The notes: generated from the sequence alone by a model not told the origin. A stretch of 64,000 nt of DNA from Abditibacteriaceae bacterium (GCA_031425655.1 JANPJS010000267.1:1-64000), one strand, 5' to 3'. Positions 19,072 through 29,493 are shown, counted from the stretch's first letter. Program-made: numbers and translations.

Positions 19072-20550
19072 TCAAACTGGCGCCGGTTTGTCCGTCAATT
19101 CGGTGACGCGGCCCGGCGGACGCACGCCCGTTCCTTTACGCGCGGTCAGGGAATCGCCCAATTCGGCGCGAGTTTTTTCGGCGAAGGCTTGCAGTTTCGC
19201 CACGATTTCAGGATGCTCTGCCGCCACGTCGCGCGTTTCGCCGATGTCGGTTTTCAAGTCGAAAAGTTGGGGCACGGCCAAGCGGCTCTGCTCGTAGTTC
19301 GTCGGAGTGCCGCCCTTACCGCCGGGGCGACCGTTCAGCGTGCGATAACTGTGCGGCAACTGCAATTTCCATTGGCCGGTTCCGTCGGTTACGGCTTGCA
19401 ACTGGTTGTTTTCGTAGTAGAAAAAATAAGCGTCGTGCGGGTTTTGGGCGCCCGGCGCTCCGCTCAAAAGCGGCCACACGTCCAAGCCGTCAATGACCTG
19501 CGGCGGCAGCGCGGCACCGACGAGAGGGGCGATGGTGGGCAGCAAATCAATGGTCATCAGCAGGTCGTCGCAAACGCTTTGGGCGGGGATTTTTCCGGGC
19601 CAGCGCATCAGGCACGGCACGCGCGTGCCGCCTTCCCAACTGGTGCCTTTGCCTTCGCGCAGCGGCCCCGATGAACCGGCGTGATCGCCGTAGCTGAGCC
19701 AGGGGCCGTTGTCGGATGTGAAGATAATAAGCGTGTCGTTTTCCAGTTTGTGCTTTGACAGCGCTTCCAAAATTTGCCCGACCGACCAGTCAATTTCTTC
19801 GATGACGTCGCCGTAAAGCCCGCGCCGGCTTTTGCCCTTGAATTTGTCGCTGACGTAAAGCGGAACGTGCGGCATCGAGTGCGCCAAATAAAGAAAAAAC
19901 GGCTGCGCCGCGTTGCGCTCGATAAAATTTACGGCGCGCTCGGTATAGCGCGTTGTCAACTGCTCCATATCCTTCGGCTGCACATCGGCGTTGACGATGG
20001 TTTCGTTTTCGAGAAGCGGCAAAGGCGGGTGGTTTTTAGGCGTTTTAGGGTGGTGCGGCCACATATCATTCGAGTAAGGCAGGCCCAAATACTCGTCGAA
20101 GCCGCGCCGTGTCGGGAGAAACTGCGGCGCATCGCCTAAATGCCACTTGCCGACCATGCCGGTGGCGTAGCCTTTGGCTTTGAGCAGTTGCGCGATGGTC
20201 GTTTCGCCGTCGCCCAGGCCGATTCTGCTGCGCGGCGCCAACGCCCCGCTGATGCCGATGCGATTGGGATAGCATCCGGTGAGAAGCGCGGCGCGCGAAG
20301 CCGAGCAAACCGGCTGCGCGACGTGAAAGTTGGTGAACTTGCGCCCCTCGCGCGCCAAACGGTCGAGGTTGGGCGTTGCTAAATCCCCGGCGCCGAAAAC
20401 CCCGATGTCGCCGTAGCCTTGATCGTCGGTGAAAATCAAAACGATGTTGGGCAAACGTTTTTTCGCACTTTGCGCCGTCGTATTCGCCGCGCCCGCCAAA
20501 AGCACCGTCGCCCCCGACATCGTCGCCATCAAAAATTCGCGTCGTTTCAT
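19072..20550 (-). CDS. Arylsulfatase A-like sulfatase with Tat signal
   Basis: MKRREFL Tat motif; DDQGYGD, CSASR, GKWHLG, SDNGP. Confidence 0.93.
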   Translation of the reverse strand: MKRREFLMATMSGATVLLAGAANTTAQSAKKRLPNIVLIFTDDQGYGDIGVFGAGDLATPNLDRLAREGRKFTNFHVAQPVCSASRAALLTGCYPNRIGISGALAPRSRIGLGDGETTIAQLLKAKGYATGMVGKWHLGDAPQFLPTRRGFDEYLGLPYSNDMWPHHPKTPKNHPPLPLLENETIVNADVQPKDMEQLTTRYTERAVNFIERNAAQPFFLYLAHSMPHVPLYVSDKFKGKSRRGLYGDVIEEIDWSVGQILEALSKHKLENDTLIIFTSDNGPWLSYGDHAGSSGPLREGKGTSWEGGTRVPCLMRWPGKIPAQSVCDDLLMTIDLLPTIAPLVGAALPPQVIDGLDVWPLLSGAPGAQNPHDAYFFYYENNQLQAVTDGTGQWKLQLPHSYRTLNGRPGGKGGTPTNYEQSRLAVPQLFDLKTDIGETRDVAAEHPEIVAKLQAFAEKTRAELGDSLTARKGTGVRPPGRVTELTDKPAPV

Positions 20551-20723
20551 AATGAGGAAAATGTTACGACATCCCCAACGCCATCGCAGAAGAAGGGGAG
20601 ACGACTTCGCCGCTTGAAGGCTCATTTTAGCCTCGACGAACTGAGAGGCAGTTTCATGGCGAGGAGATGCTATTTGCGCGGTATGAGCCACTTCGTTGGC
20701 AGATGCGAGCGGCAATTGATTGA

Positions 20724-21119
20724 TTAACTCCGTTTCAATGCCTCTTCGACTTTTGCGATGCAGCTATCCAAACTCTTCTTGACTTCGTGGCCCCAAAGCC
20801 GAACGACTATCCATCCCATTCCATCCAGCTTGGTAAAGTTAGCCTCATCTTGTGCCATGTTGGTTTCTATCTTGTCTTTCCAGAAAGGCTTAAGTTTGTC
20901 TTTCCATGTGTCGAATTCGTAACCATGCCAAAAGTCGCCATCTATGAAAACGGCAACTTTACGTTTCGTGAATACGATGTCCGGTCGTCCCGGTAGGCCC
21001 TTCAAATGTTTGCGAAAGCGATAACCTCTACGATGAAGGGCAGATCGAACCGTGACTTCGAGCGGCCCATCTTTAGTCTTGACGCGGCCCATTGCGCGAC
21101 TTCGCTGTTCAGGAGTCAT
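20724..21119 (-). CDS. vsr: Very short patch repair endonuclease
   Basis: MTPEQRSRAM, LPGRPDIVF, FIDGDFWHG. Confidence 0.92.
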   Translation of the reverse strand: MTPEQRSRAMGRVKTKDGPLEVTVRSALHRRGYRFRKHLKGLPGRPDIVFTKRKVAVFIDGDFWHGYEFDTWKDKLKPFWKDKIETNMAQDEANFTKLDGMGWIVVRLWGHEVKKSLDSCIAKVEEALKRS

Positions 21120-21155
21120 GGCATTCGACGCCTTCCCTTCAATGGATTCGATTTA

Positions 21156-23102
21156 TCACAACTCGTCTACGATCTTCTCTATGCGAGCGATTTTCTTTTG
21201 AGCTTCAATATGATCACTGTAGCTTTGACGTGCTCGCGCAATTAGATGCTCGAATGGAATGATTCGGGCTTCGTATGCATCCAATGCTTGTTCATGACGA
21301 CTGCGATTTAGGTCGTAGTCCTTAGGATAGGAACCCAGAACACAGAGAATTTCGTAATGGGGTGTTTTTCCCGGCTCTTCTAAACGCAGCAGGTTCTCAA
21401 CTATGGTGCTGTATTTCCTGACCTGCTCCATCAGTTCGTCAATATGAAGTGTCCGTCCGCCTCTTTTCAATTCAACGATTACGGTCTTACCGCCAGCGCT
21501 ACGCCATTTGATATCGAACCGCGAAAGGGCATCGTTTTGGTCTACACCCAATTTTTGAGCTTTCAGATTATCTAAAAATCTTTCTTCCATCCGTGCGTTT
21601 TCAGTTGCACGCTCCCAAGATGCATCAAGCAGCCATAAATGTTTGAAAAGGTGATCTTGAACCGCTCGTTCTTTTTCATCATCGTCAACCAACCGCTCGA
21701 ATGTCTTGAGCACGGAAAATCGTGATTTTGCGATTTGATAATAGTGAGCAGCTTCCAAATCGGCTAACCCCTGAAAAATACCACGAACTTTGTCCCAATC
21801 CGGTGATTGTAACTTTTCTATCGAGGCTATGTTGCCGTTCAATGACAACGTTTCAAAGGCCATGATGCCGTGCTTCAACAACTCTTTTCTATCTGCGGGC
21901 TTTGAAATTAGCATTCCTTGTATCGTGCCTATCAAGTGCCGAGCACTCCGACGCTGATCCACTGACGGCAAATTTTCCAACCATTCGGTTAGTTTAGGAT
22001 GATCGTCGATAGCTTCATTGGCACCGGCTTGCTTTCTCAACTCATCCCAGTTCTTAGCTATTTCGGCAAATTTGGCTTTGAGAAAAATTCTTAGTGCTTC
22101 GAAGCTCTCGTCGTCCTGTTGAATACTTTGACGTGAACTCGTTACGATGTCTTCTTCGCTGTCGTCCAACCAGTCGGCCCGAATTTCTCCGACGACGTAT
22201 TCTTGAAAAAGACGTGCATCCGTAACGTGCGGCAGCATATTCTCATGCATTACACGGCCCCGTGCCATGACGACTACGCTATTGTTATCTCCAGCCACTT
22301 TGAGGTCACTTGGATAGCGAACGGTTCCGATCCATCCTTGCACCTTGTGAATTTTCTGTCCAACTGGAACTTCATCCGATAACGTCTCCTTGTGAACGAC
22401 GTTTTTATGTTTCGTGGCTATATCGTCCACTTCGCCAACATCGCCGAACCCCCAAAGAAACTGCAATTTGTCCCAGTAACCGCGATCTTCTACCTTTACG
22501 GGTTTTCCATTGAGGAAAAGGTCGAATCGATAGTCACGCACGGAAAAACGACGTGCAAGTGCCCGACGTAGTCCAAGCTCGTCAATCTTTCTCTTACGCT
22601 TCAAATCCCTAAGTATCAGGCGTGTGCCGTGCTCGAAATCAATATCATCAACCTCACCATGTTCCGGAAAATAATCATCCTTTATAGCTGCTTTGGCTTT
22701 GATTTCGGGCAATCTTAGGATTAAAGCCGCTTTCTCCTGATTGTTTTTCTTGACCGACTGCACCTCTACGGTCTCGGCAATAGCGAAGGCGGACAATTTG
22801 CCGATGCCCTTGCGCCCCATTGGGTTGCGTCCCTTTGGCGTTTTAGGGCCTTCTTCCTTCCGCTTCTTATAGCCGACCGTGAGAAAACGGCGGTTTACTT
22901 CTGGACGAGTCATACCGTGACCATTGTCATGGATACGGATTTCGTTGTCGTCTATGTCTATATCAACTCTGTCGGCATCGGCGTCGTGAGCATTGGCGAC
23001 CAGTTCGGAGATTACTGCTGGCGTGGAGCTATAAAGACCCTCTCCCAGATGCTCTACGACATTCAGGTCAACGGTCAATTTATATGGAAAATCGTCTTTC
23101 AT
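21156..23102 (-). CDS. GHKL/MORC-type ATPase with C-terminal PD-(D/E)xK nuclease-like domain (restriction component)
   Basis: ELVANAHDADA, DNGHGM, GRKGIGKLS, HGT; C-terminal E...H...WL...FDI...VELKRG; GAGGAGG RBS before ATG 23102. Confidence 0.85.
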   Translation of the reverse strand: MKDDFPYKLTVDLNVVEHLGEGLYSSTPAVISELVANAHDADADRVDIDIDDNEIRIHDNGHGMTRPEVNRRFLTVGYKKRKEEGPKTPKGRNPMGRKGIGKLSAFAIAETVEVQSVKKNNQEKAALILRLPEIKAKAAIKDDYFPEHGEVDDIDFEHGTRLILRDLKRKRKIDELGLRRALARRFSVRDYRFDLFLNGKPVKVEDRGYWDKLQFLWGFGDVGEVDDIATKHKNVVHKETLSDEVPVGQKIHKVQGWIGTVRYPSDLKVAGDNNSVVVMARGRVMHENMLPHVTDARLFQEYVVGEIRADWLDDSEEDIVTSSRQSIQQDDESFEALRIFLKAKFAEIAKNWDELRKQAGANEAIDDHPKLTEWLENLPSVDQRRSARHLIGTIQGMLISKPADRKELLKHGIMAFETLSLNGNIASIEKLQSPDWDKVRGIFQGLADLEAAHYYQIAKSRFSVLKTFERLVDDDEKERAVQDHLFKHLWLLDASWERATENARMEERFLDNLKAQKLGVDQNDALSRFDIKWRSAGGKTVIVELKRGGRTLHIDELMEQVRKYSTIVENLLRLEEPGKTPHYEILCVLGSYPKDYDLNRSRHEQALDAYEARIIPFEHLIARARQSYSDHIEAQKKIARIEKIVDEL

Positions 23103-23119
23103 GTATCCTCCTCGCAATG

Positions 23120-24196
23120 CTACTGCGAATGAATTTTGATGCTTTGGGCAATAGCCTTTCCCAAAGCAACGGGAACGGCATTGCCGATGTGCTTTTCCAA
23201 TTGATCGAAACTTGGAAAACGATCTGTCGGGAAGAACTGATACGTTTCTGGAAAACTTTGAAAAATAGCTGCCTCGCGTAGCGAGATCGCTCGGTTCTGT
23301 TCAGGGTGACCAAAGCGTCCGTTGCCCAGCCCACAGCATTGTGTAGTCATCGTGGCCGCCGGCTCACTCCATTTCATGCGTCCATAAACGCTGCCATAAC
23401 TCTTTCCGCTCTTCTTTTTGTGGCAATCAAGCACCAACTCTGGCGGCCAATCTCCCCAGCCACCACCTTCCGGTGTGGCTGCGATTCTTTGCAGATTGAG
23501 CGGCGACAGGTTCGCCGCGCGGTGTAATGGATCAGTTTTGCTGACCTCTCCGGCAGCAATGGCTTCGAGATGGCCGATAACGCTTTCCACCGTAGGTGTG
23601 TCTTCGGCATGAGTAGGTGAAATCAATTCGATGGGAGCGGATTTCGCTGCCAGAAGAACGAGGCGTTTGCGCCGTTGAGCCACGCCATAATTTGGGCAGT
23701 AAATTACTTTCGACCAGACTTGGTATCCCCAACGCTGCAAAAGCGAGACGAATATGTCATAAATCGGCTCTTTCCTGAGAAGGGGAACATTCTCCATCGA
23801 AACGTATTCGGGTTGGATCGCTTGGACTATGCGAGCAAAAGAGCGCAGCAATCCGTAATCTTTATGCCGCTTCCTTCGCTTACCCGATCCCGTGTTGGAA
23901 GAAAAGGGCTGGCAGGGAGCGCACCCCATCAGGATACGCGCACAGTTTGGAGGATAGAGGAGATTGATGTCGGCAGCTCTCGTCGTAGAAAGATTTTTAC
24001 AAACGAATTGAGCGCCCTCATTGTTGGTTTCATAGGCATATTTGCAGCTTTCGTCAATGTCTATACCGGCTACTACGCGCACCTTAGCAAGCACGAAGCC
24101 ATGAGTGAGACCTCCAACACCGCAAAACAAATCCACGGCGACTAACTCTTTCGATTGATGTAATTGGTGATCGGTATCGTTTGTTTGAGCACTCAT
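23120..24196 (-). CDS. DNA (cytosine-5)-methyltransferase
   Basis: DLFCGVGG, PCQPFS, ENV, QRRKR, IGNAVP. Confidence 0.95.
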   Translation of the reverse strand: MSAQTNDTDHQLHQSKELVAVDLFCGVGGLTHGFVLAKVRVVAGIDIDESCKYAYETNNEGAQFVCKNLSTTRAADINLLYPPNCARILMGCAPCQPFSSNTGSGKRRKRHKDYGLLRSFARIVQAIQPEYVSMENVPLLRKEPIYDIFVSLLQRWGYQVWSKVIYCPNYGVAQRRKRLVLLAAKSAPIELISPTHAEDTPTVESVIGHLEAIAAGEVSKTDPLHRAANLSPLNLQRIAATPEGGGWGDWPPELVLDCHKKKSGKSYGSVYGRMKWSEPAATMTTQCCGLGNGRFGHPEQNRAISLREAAIFQSFPETYQFFPTDRFPSFDQLEKHIGNAVPVALGKAIAQSIKIHSQ

Positions 24197-24451
24197 TTTA
24201 AGAATTTTAACTTATCCGAATAACGGACAAGGTGAATCAGGATATGTCTCAGTATAAGTAACGGGCTGAGACCAGACTTGTCGCTTAGAGCTTACGTTCA
24301 CCTTGCGGCTTCGTCATTCATGCCTAATTTAAGCGCGCGAAAATTGGCGAAGCGGTGAAAGGTGATGAAATTGGAATCGTGGCAGTTGGGCGCGCTGCTG
24401 CTTGCGCCGTCGAAGCGATGATTTTAGGCGCGCAGCCGGTGCCTGTTGGCA

Positions 24452-25513
24452 TTACTGCATCCAACCCTGCTGGCGCAGGCGCTCCCATGCGCGCTGAATC
24501 CATTCGGTAGAGAAATCGCGGCGTTTGTGTTCGTTCCAATCGTGAACAGCGGTGGTTGCGACTTGGCAATCAAGGGCGGCGCGGCGGTCGTGGCGAGCGA
24601 CCCAATGCACAGTCGCCAAAAGTTCGAGGCCCGTCGCGGTATCCATGCCTTCGATCAGACGAAGCACCTGTGCCACGCGCGCCTCGCTCTCCGGTGCCGG
24701 ATGCGTTTTTAAATGTTCCTCGGCGGCTTCGACAATTTCAGGGCGCAGCATAATCGGCTCGCGCAGCCCGCCGGTGCCGTCGCCAAAGCCGATAGTCCAG
24801 TGGCCTTCCCAGCGACGCAGCATTGGATAGATTTCACGGGCCGCCGGGCCGAACTTCTGAGCTTCAAATTTCAAGCGCAGCGGCTCGCCCGCTTCCTGAA
24901 AAAAGTAGGCGAGTTTTTGCAGTTCAAGCTGGGAAAACTCAAGATCAACTACGCTATAACGCGCCAGCATCCGAATAGTGAGAGCCGCATTGAGCGTCAT
25001 GCGCGGCGCTTTGGCGGCAGGGGCCATGCTTGCGGCATCGGGCGTGCCCGTAGGGGCATAAAGCAAAACGCGCACGTCTGGCAACGCTTCAAAGGCGGTT
25101 TCGATAAGCGGGCGCACGAGATTCCAATCCAGTCCGCCATTGCCGCAGCCCAGCGGCGGGACAGCAATCGAGCGCACTTCGCGGGCGCGCACTTCTTCGA
25201 CCAGACGTGCCAAACCCGCTTCAATCCATTCAATTTTCGAGGCGCCACGCCAGTGATCTTTGGTGGCGAAATTAATCACCATGCGAGGGAGAGGGCGCTC
25301 CAACTCCGGCTGTATTTCGACCACGAGTAGATGTCCGGGGCGCAGTTGACCGGAGCGGCAAGCCTCGACGTAGGGCCGCGAAATTTCGGGAAAAGCGCGC
25401 TCGAACTGTAGCGCGATGCCCTTGCCCATCACGCCCACGCAATTGACGGTGTTGACTAAGGCTTCAGCGGACGCTTGCAGCAAATCGCCGCTGTGAATTT
25501 CGAGGTTGCTCAT
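24452..25513 (-). CDS. darG: DarG antitoxin (macrodomain DNA ADP-ribosyl glycohydrolase)
   Basis: GDLL...ALVNTVNCVGVMGKGIALQF, INFATK.HW, PPLGCGNGGL, LELLATVHW. Confidence 0.9.
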   Translation of the reverse strand: MSNLEIHSGDLLQASAEALVNTVNCVGVMGKGIALQFERAFPEISRPYVEACRSGQLRPGHLLVVEIQPELERPLPRMVINFATKDHWRGASKIEWIEAGLARLVEEVRAREVRSIAVPPLGCGNGGLDWNLVRPLIETAFEALPDVRVLLYAPTGTPDAASMAPAAKAPRMTLNAALTIRMLARYSVVDLEFSQLELQKLAYFFQEAGEPLRLKFEAQKFGPAAREIYPMLRRWEGHWTIGFGDGTGGLREPIMLRPEIVEAAEEHLKTHPAPESEARVAQVLRLIEGMDTATGLELLATVHWVARHDRRAALDCQVATTAVHDWNEHKRRDFSTEWIQRAWERLRQQGWMQ

Positions 25514-25519
25514 GTTGGC

Positions 25520-26185
25520 TCAATAATACCATTCCGGCAAAACCGCAATTTTGGGTTGGTGCGAACTGTTTTGCACAATCGGCGCAAGTTTCAAACGCAT
25601 TTCTTCGTTATACACGGCGATGCCACGCACGATTTCCCACGGCACGGCGCCGCGCATCAAAAACTCGGCCTGACGGCGCCGCTTGCGGTCGCCATCGTCT
25701 TCGCTGTTGCTCCATTTCAGTGCGTGCAAAACATCCCAGTCCAAACGCGACGGCAACTGCGCTAAATCGTCGCAAAAAGTCGAGAGGTCGGATGACAACG
25801 GGTGGCCATCAGTGAAGACAAAGGGAATTTGCAGTTTCACCACGCGCTCAACGTCAGAAACCAAATGCACGATTTCGTTTTGCCCTATATCTTTGCCCAG
25901 CGCGCCGCGCCATGCGGTGTATAGCATCGGCGAACGAGCCGCAAAACTCCACGGGACGTAGTCGTGCAAGCTGCCGTGAGGCGAAAGCGGAACCGTAATC
26001 AGATCGCGGCGCTCCTGCAAATGAGAATAAGCAATGCTGCGCCGCTTTACGCCCCGCGCCTTTAGCTCGTTGAATGGCAAAAGCGCGCCGCCGCTGACGA
26101 TGGAAGCCAGATTATCCCACGAAGTGATGTGGTAAAGGCGCACCTGCTCCGGGACGTTGGTTGTTTTCGTGAGCGCCGCTGCCAT
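25520..26185 (-). CDS. darT: DarT toxin (DUF4433 ssDNA ADP-ribosyltransferase)
   Basis: YHIT..NL.SI, LHDYVP, SPMLY, FTDGH, RQAEFL, WYY end; directly upstream of darG. Confidence 0.9.
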   Translation of the reverse strand: MAAALTKTTNVPEQVRLYHITSWDNLASIVSGGALLPFNELKARGVKRRSIAYSHLQERRDLITVPLSPHGSLHDYVPWSFAARSPMLYTAWRGALGKDIGQNEIVHLVSDVERVVKLQIPFVFTDGHPLSSDLSTFCDDLAQLPSRLDWDVLHALKWSNSEDDGDRKRRRQAEFLMRGAVPWEIVRGIAVYNEEMRLKLAPIVQNSSHQPKIAVLPEWYY

Positions 26186-26283
26186 GCACTACGATTTTAC
26201 TAATTGCTGATGCCTTTGGCGGGTGAGAGGCCGTTGGGCGCCGTCACTTGGATCATCGAATGCGGTGCGCACAACGGCGATGG

Positions 26284-26784
26284 CTAAGCCTTGAGCGGCG
26301 CTTCGTCGCTGCTGTGGCCCAGCATTCCGGCGTAGATGCCGGGTTGCGAATCGGGAATCAGCACGGCGCCGACGGTCTTTTCGTAAAACGCCGCCGGGCC
26401 GACGCCGCCGATGATAGCGTAGCCGTAACCGATGTGGCGCATGGCGTGAAGCGAGGCTAAAAGCAATGCCTCGCCGGTGCCGTGTCCGCGCCTATTTGCC
26501 GCAACGCCGACCGGGCCGAAAAAGCCCCGGCACGTTGCGTCGTAGCAGGCGAAGCCGCGCAAACAATCGTTCTGCGTGGCAATAAAGCACGAAAGCGGCG
26601 CGTTGGAAAACGCCACATCGCATTCGCTGGCCCAGCCGGGCGAAAAATGCCGCGTTACCCATTGCAAAACGTGATGTTTTTCCGGCGCCAGAGCGCGCCG
26701 AATCACGATGCCTTTGGCGCTTTGCGCTTCCAGAGCGGCGTCTAATGGCGGCAGTTCATACAGTTTCACCAGCATATCGGGCAT
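26284..26784 (-). CDS. GNAT-family N-acetyltransferase
   Basis: FGPVGVAANRRGHGTG acetyl-CoA motif; FYEK. Confidence 0.88.
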   Translation of the reverse strand: MPDMLVKLYELPPLDAALEAQSAKGIVIRRALAPEKHHVLQWVTRHFSPGWASECDVAFSNAPLSCFIATQNDCLRGFACYDATCRGFFGPVGVAANRRGHGTGEALLLASLHAMRHIGYGYAIIGGVGPAAFYEKTVGAVLIPDSQPGIYAGMLGHSSDEAPLKA

Positions 26785-26894
26785 GAAATCTCACTTTTGT
26801 GCAACCACCGCAACGCCGCACGGCCTTTTATTGACTCACCTTACGCGGTCTCGCCGCGAAAACCGGCAAACCTGTGAAAATTTAATATCTCTCG

Positions 26895-27055
26895 TCCTGC
26901 CCAGAGGGCACCCGACGCGATGTCGCAAAGAAAGCTTTTTGTGTTGGCGTGAACCGACGAAGCCGCTCTCTCGAACCCTAAAAACTTCGCGTCTTTGCGT
27001 CTTGGCAAGGCAGGAAATCCCTGAAGCTCATTTGTGTCGGGTGCCCTCCGGGCGG
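26895..27055. repeat. Composite intergenic repeat with two inverted CCYGCCCRGAGGGCACCCG motifs
   Basis: tcctgcccagagggcacccg at 26895 and cgggtgccctccgggcgg at 27038, flanking a CGCAAAG/CTTTGCG-type inverted repeat. Confidence 0.65.
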
Positions 27056-27067
27056 ATGCCTTTGTGT

Positions 27068-28744
27068 TTAATGATGCTGCCTATCGTTCGTCGCCATCAC
27101 GCCGGCTAAGGCAAAAAAGTCGTCGCGCGACAGCGAAAGTGGGGCTTCCTCATCCGCTTCGTTGTCCACGACCTGCGCGAAAAGGCGGCGTTTGGCACGC
27201 AGGATTTCGTCAATGCGCTCTTCGATGGTGCCCAGCATGACGTAGCGATAAACGTGAACCGGGCGCGTCTGTCCGGGGCGATGGGCGCGGTCTTCGGCCT
27301 GCGTTTCGGCGGCGGGATTCCACCAGCGGTCAAAGTGAAAAACATAAGACGCGTTTTGCAAATTCAAGCCGACGCCGCCCGCGCGCAGCGAGATGATAAG
27401 CAGCGGCGGGCCGTCCGCTTCGGCGAATTTATCCAGCGTTTTCTGGCGCGCCGTCACGTCCATGTCGCCGGTGAAAAGCAGAGGCTTCCACGCCGCTAAT
27501 TCGCGCCCCAGACGCCGCGCGCCAAAGTTTTCATTGGTGAACTGCGTGAAAATTAAAGCGCGCTCGCCGGCTTCGAGGACAGCGCCCAATCGCTCGCGCA
27601 GGTCGTCGAGCTTGGCCGAAAACGCCGCCTCGCCGGGCGCGAAGTTGCAAAGCTGCTGAAGCCGCGAAATATGCGCCAGCACGCCGTCGAAACGCAGTTC
27701 GCCCGCTTCGAGAGCGGCGCGCAAGGCTTCGGCTCCGCCCTGCGCGGTTTCGTCGTAGGCGGCGCGCTGCTCCGGCGTCAGCGGCAGGGCCAGTGTGGAC
27801 ACGATTTTCGGCGGCAAATCGGGCAACACTTCGGCTTTGCGGCGTCGCAATTGATGCCGCGCCAGCAGCATTCGCAAACGTGGCACGTCGGGAAAAATTG
27901 TGCTTTGCGCGGTCACGAATTCGAGAATCGAAGCGGCATCGGCGACGCTGTTTTCCAAAGGCGTGCCGGTCAGCGCCCACGAGCGGCGACGCGGTAGCGC
28001 CTTGCACACACGGGCGGCCTCACTGTCGGGGTTCTTGATTTTTTGCGCTTCGTCCAGCACCACCACGTCCCAGCCGCCGCGCGTGGGCAGGCGCGCCAAA
28101 TCCACGTTTTCGCTTAACAATGCGTCCCAATCGGCGCGCAGCGTTTCGTAGGAAACCACCGTCAGATGCGCGCGGTAACGCCACTGCCAGCGCCGTTTTG
28201 CCGGGGCGCCGCCGACCACCATCACGCGCAGTTCGGGCGCCCATTCGGCTGCCGCGCGGCGCCACTGCTCCAGCAAACTGGCCGGTGCTACCAGCAGCGC
28301 GCGTTCGATTTGGCGCCGGTGCAGCAAAACCCGCAGCGCCGCCAGCGTTTGAATCGTTTTGCCCAGACCCATTTCGTCGCCGAGCAGCAAATGGCGCGCT
28401 TTGAGCAGGGCGCGCACGCCGGTGTGCTGAAAGCCAAAGAGCGGGTGCGCCCATTCGAGCGGCCCATCCGCGCGCAGCAGCATCTCCGGCGGCGCTTGCA
28501 AAAGCGCCGCGAACCGCCAGCGCAACCCGTCGTCCGGCGCCGCACCGAGCGTTTCGTCGCCTTCGATTGGCTCCATTTCTTCGCCGGGCGCTTCCACAAA
28601 GGGCGCCGCGCCGAACATCAATTGCAAGTCGCAAGAGCGAGCGCGCCACTGCCGGACGTGGCCGAGACGCGAAACCGCGTGCGGTGCGGCAGGCGGCATC
28701 AAACGCCGCGCCGGTTGCTCATCGAAAGAGTGCCACCATGTCAT
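27068..28744 (-). CDS. SNF2/SWI2-family helicase-like ATPase
   Basis: DEMGLGKT, DEAQKIKN, LTGTPLEN, GGVGLNL, WWNPA...DRAHR.GQ. Confidence 0.93.
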   Translation of the reverse strand: MTWWHSFDEQPARRLMPPAAPHAVSRLGHVRQWRARSCDLQLMFGAAPFVEAPGEEMEPIEGDETLGAAPDDGLRWRFAALLQAPPEMLLRADGPLEWAHPLFGFQHTGVRALLKARHLLLGDEMGLGKTIQTLAALRVLLHRRQIERALLVAPASLLEQWRRAAAEWAPELRVMVVGGAPAKRRWQWRYRAHLTVVSYETLRADWDALLSENVDLARLPTRGGWDVVVLDEAQKIKNPDSEAARVCKALPRRRSWALTGTPLENSVADAASILEFVTAQSTIFPDVPRLRMLLARHQLRRRKAEVLPDLPPKIVSTLALPLTPEQRAAYDETAQGGAEALRAALEAGELRFDGVLAHISRLQQLCNFAPGEAAFSAKLDDLRERLGAVLEAGERALIFTQFTNENFGARRLGRELAAWKPLLFTGDMDVTARQKTLDKFAEADGPPLLIISLRAGGVGLNLQNASYVFHFDRWWNPAAETQAEDRAHRPGQTRPVHVYRYVMLGTIEERIDEILRAKRRLFAQVVDNEADEEAPLSLSRDDFFALAGVMATNDRQHH

Positions 28745-28751
28745 AGCATCA

Positions 28752-28880
28752 AGGGATGAAGGCGGAGGGATGAGGGATGAAATTGCGCCTGCGGCGCGAA
28801 GTTTTCCAGCGCGCAGCGCCGCTTTTTGATCCTTCCGCCTTCATCCCTCATCCCTCCGCCTTCATCCCTCATCCCTCCGC
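28752..28880. repeat. Inverted heptamer arrays (GGGATGA / TCATCCC)
   Basis: gggatgaaggcggagggatgagggatgaa ... ttcatccctcatccctccgccttcatccctc. Confidence 0.85.
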
Positions 28881-29414
28881 CAACGCGCGGTCGGCGCGCT
28901 CGAAAGGTTCTAAAAGCAGGCCGCGTGCGGCGAGTTTTTCAAAGAGTTCGGCGGCGTTTTCGATGGGCTTCAGCGTCCACAGCGCGTCCACTTCGCCGGC
29001 TTCGCCTTCGGCGTCGAAGGTGGCAACGCGCGTGGTGGTTTCAGCGGCGGCGGGCGCTAAAGTCTGGTGCAGCGCGCCGATTCGTGCGACGGGAATTTCC
29101 AAACGCAACTGTCCGGCGGGGCCGAAAAGGCCCGGCTCGATGTCCGAGGCGCGATAAAACAGCAGTGTCGGCGCCAGTTGCGTGGCCTGAAACAGCGTGG
29201 CGCACAGGCGTCGCGCCGCCGCGTGGCGCTTATCGCGCTCGCGCCACAAAGCGCCGCTCATCAGTTCGAGACGGTTGAAAACGAATTCCAACGGCTCGCC
29301 GCGCGCGTTCAGCAAAAGCAGCGCGCCGCTGACGAAATCGCCGTCGGGCGCCACGATTAAAAATGCCGCCACACCCAATTCTTCGATGCTTTCGCTGTCG
29401 TGGAAAGGAATCAT
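28869..29414 (-). CDS. Hypothetical protein (operon gene 4)
   Basis: Co-oriented in operon; GALLLLNARGEPLEF beta-rich motif. Confidence 0.72.
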   Translation of the reverse strand: MIPFHDSESIEELGVAAFLIVAPDGDFVSGALLLLNARGEPLEFVFNRLELMSGALWRERDKRHAAARRLCATLFQATQLAPTLLFYRASDIEPGLFGPAGQLRLEIPVARIGALHQTLAPAAAETTTRVATFDAEGEAGEVDALWTLKPIENAAELFEKLAARGLLLEPFERADRALAEG

Positions 29415-29418
29415 TTTC

Positions 29419-29493
29419 AATTAAAAATGCAAAATTAAAAATGCAAAAAATGTGCGCCCCGGTTTTTGCATTTTTAATTTTGCATTTTGCATT
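29419..29493. repeat. Inverted heptamer arrays (AAAATGC/AAAATTA)
   Basis: aattaaaaatgcaaaattaaaaatgcaaaa ... ttttgcatttttaattttgcattttgcatt. Confidence 0.85.

Noticed and set aside
24324..24450. Possible duplicated sulfatase 5' end bounding the RM module
   Set aside because: Only an 11-bp match (TTGCGCCGTCG) to the 20470 region; not distinguishable from chance.
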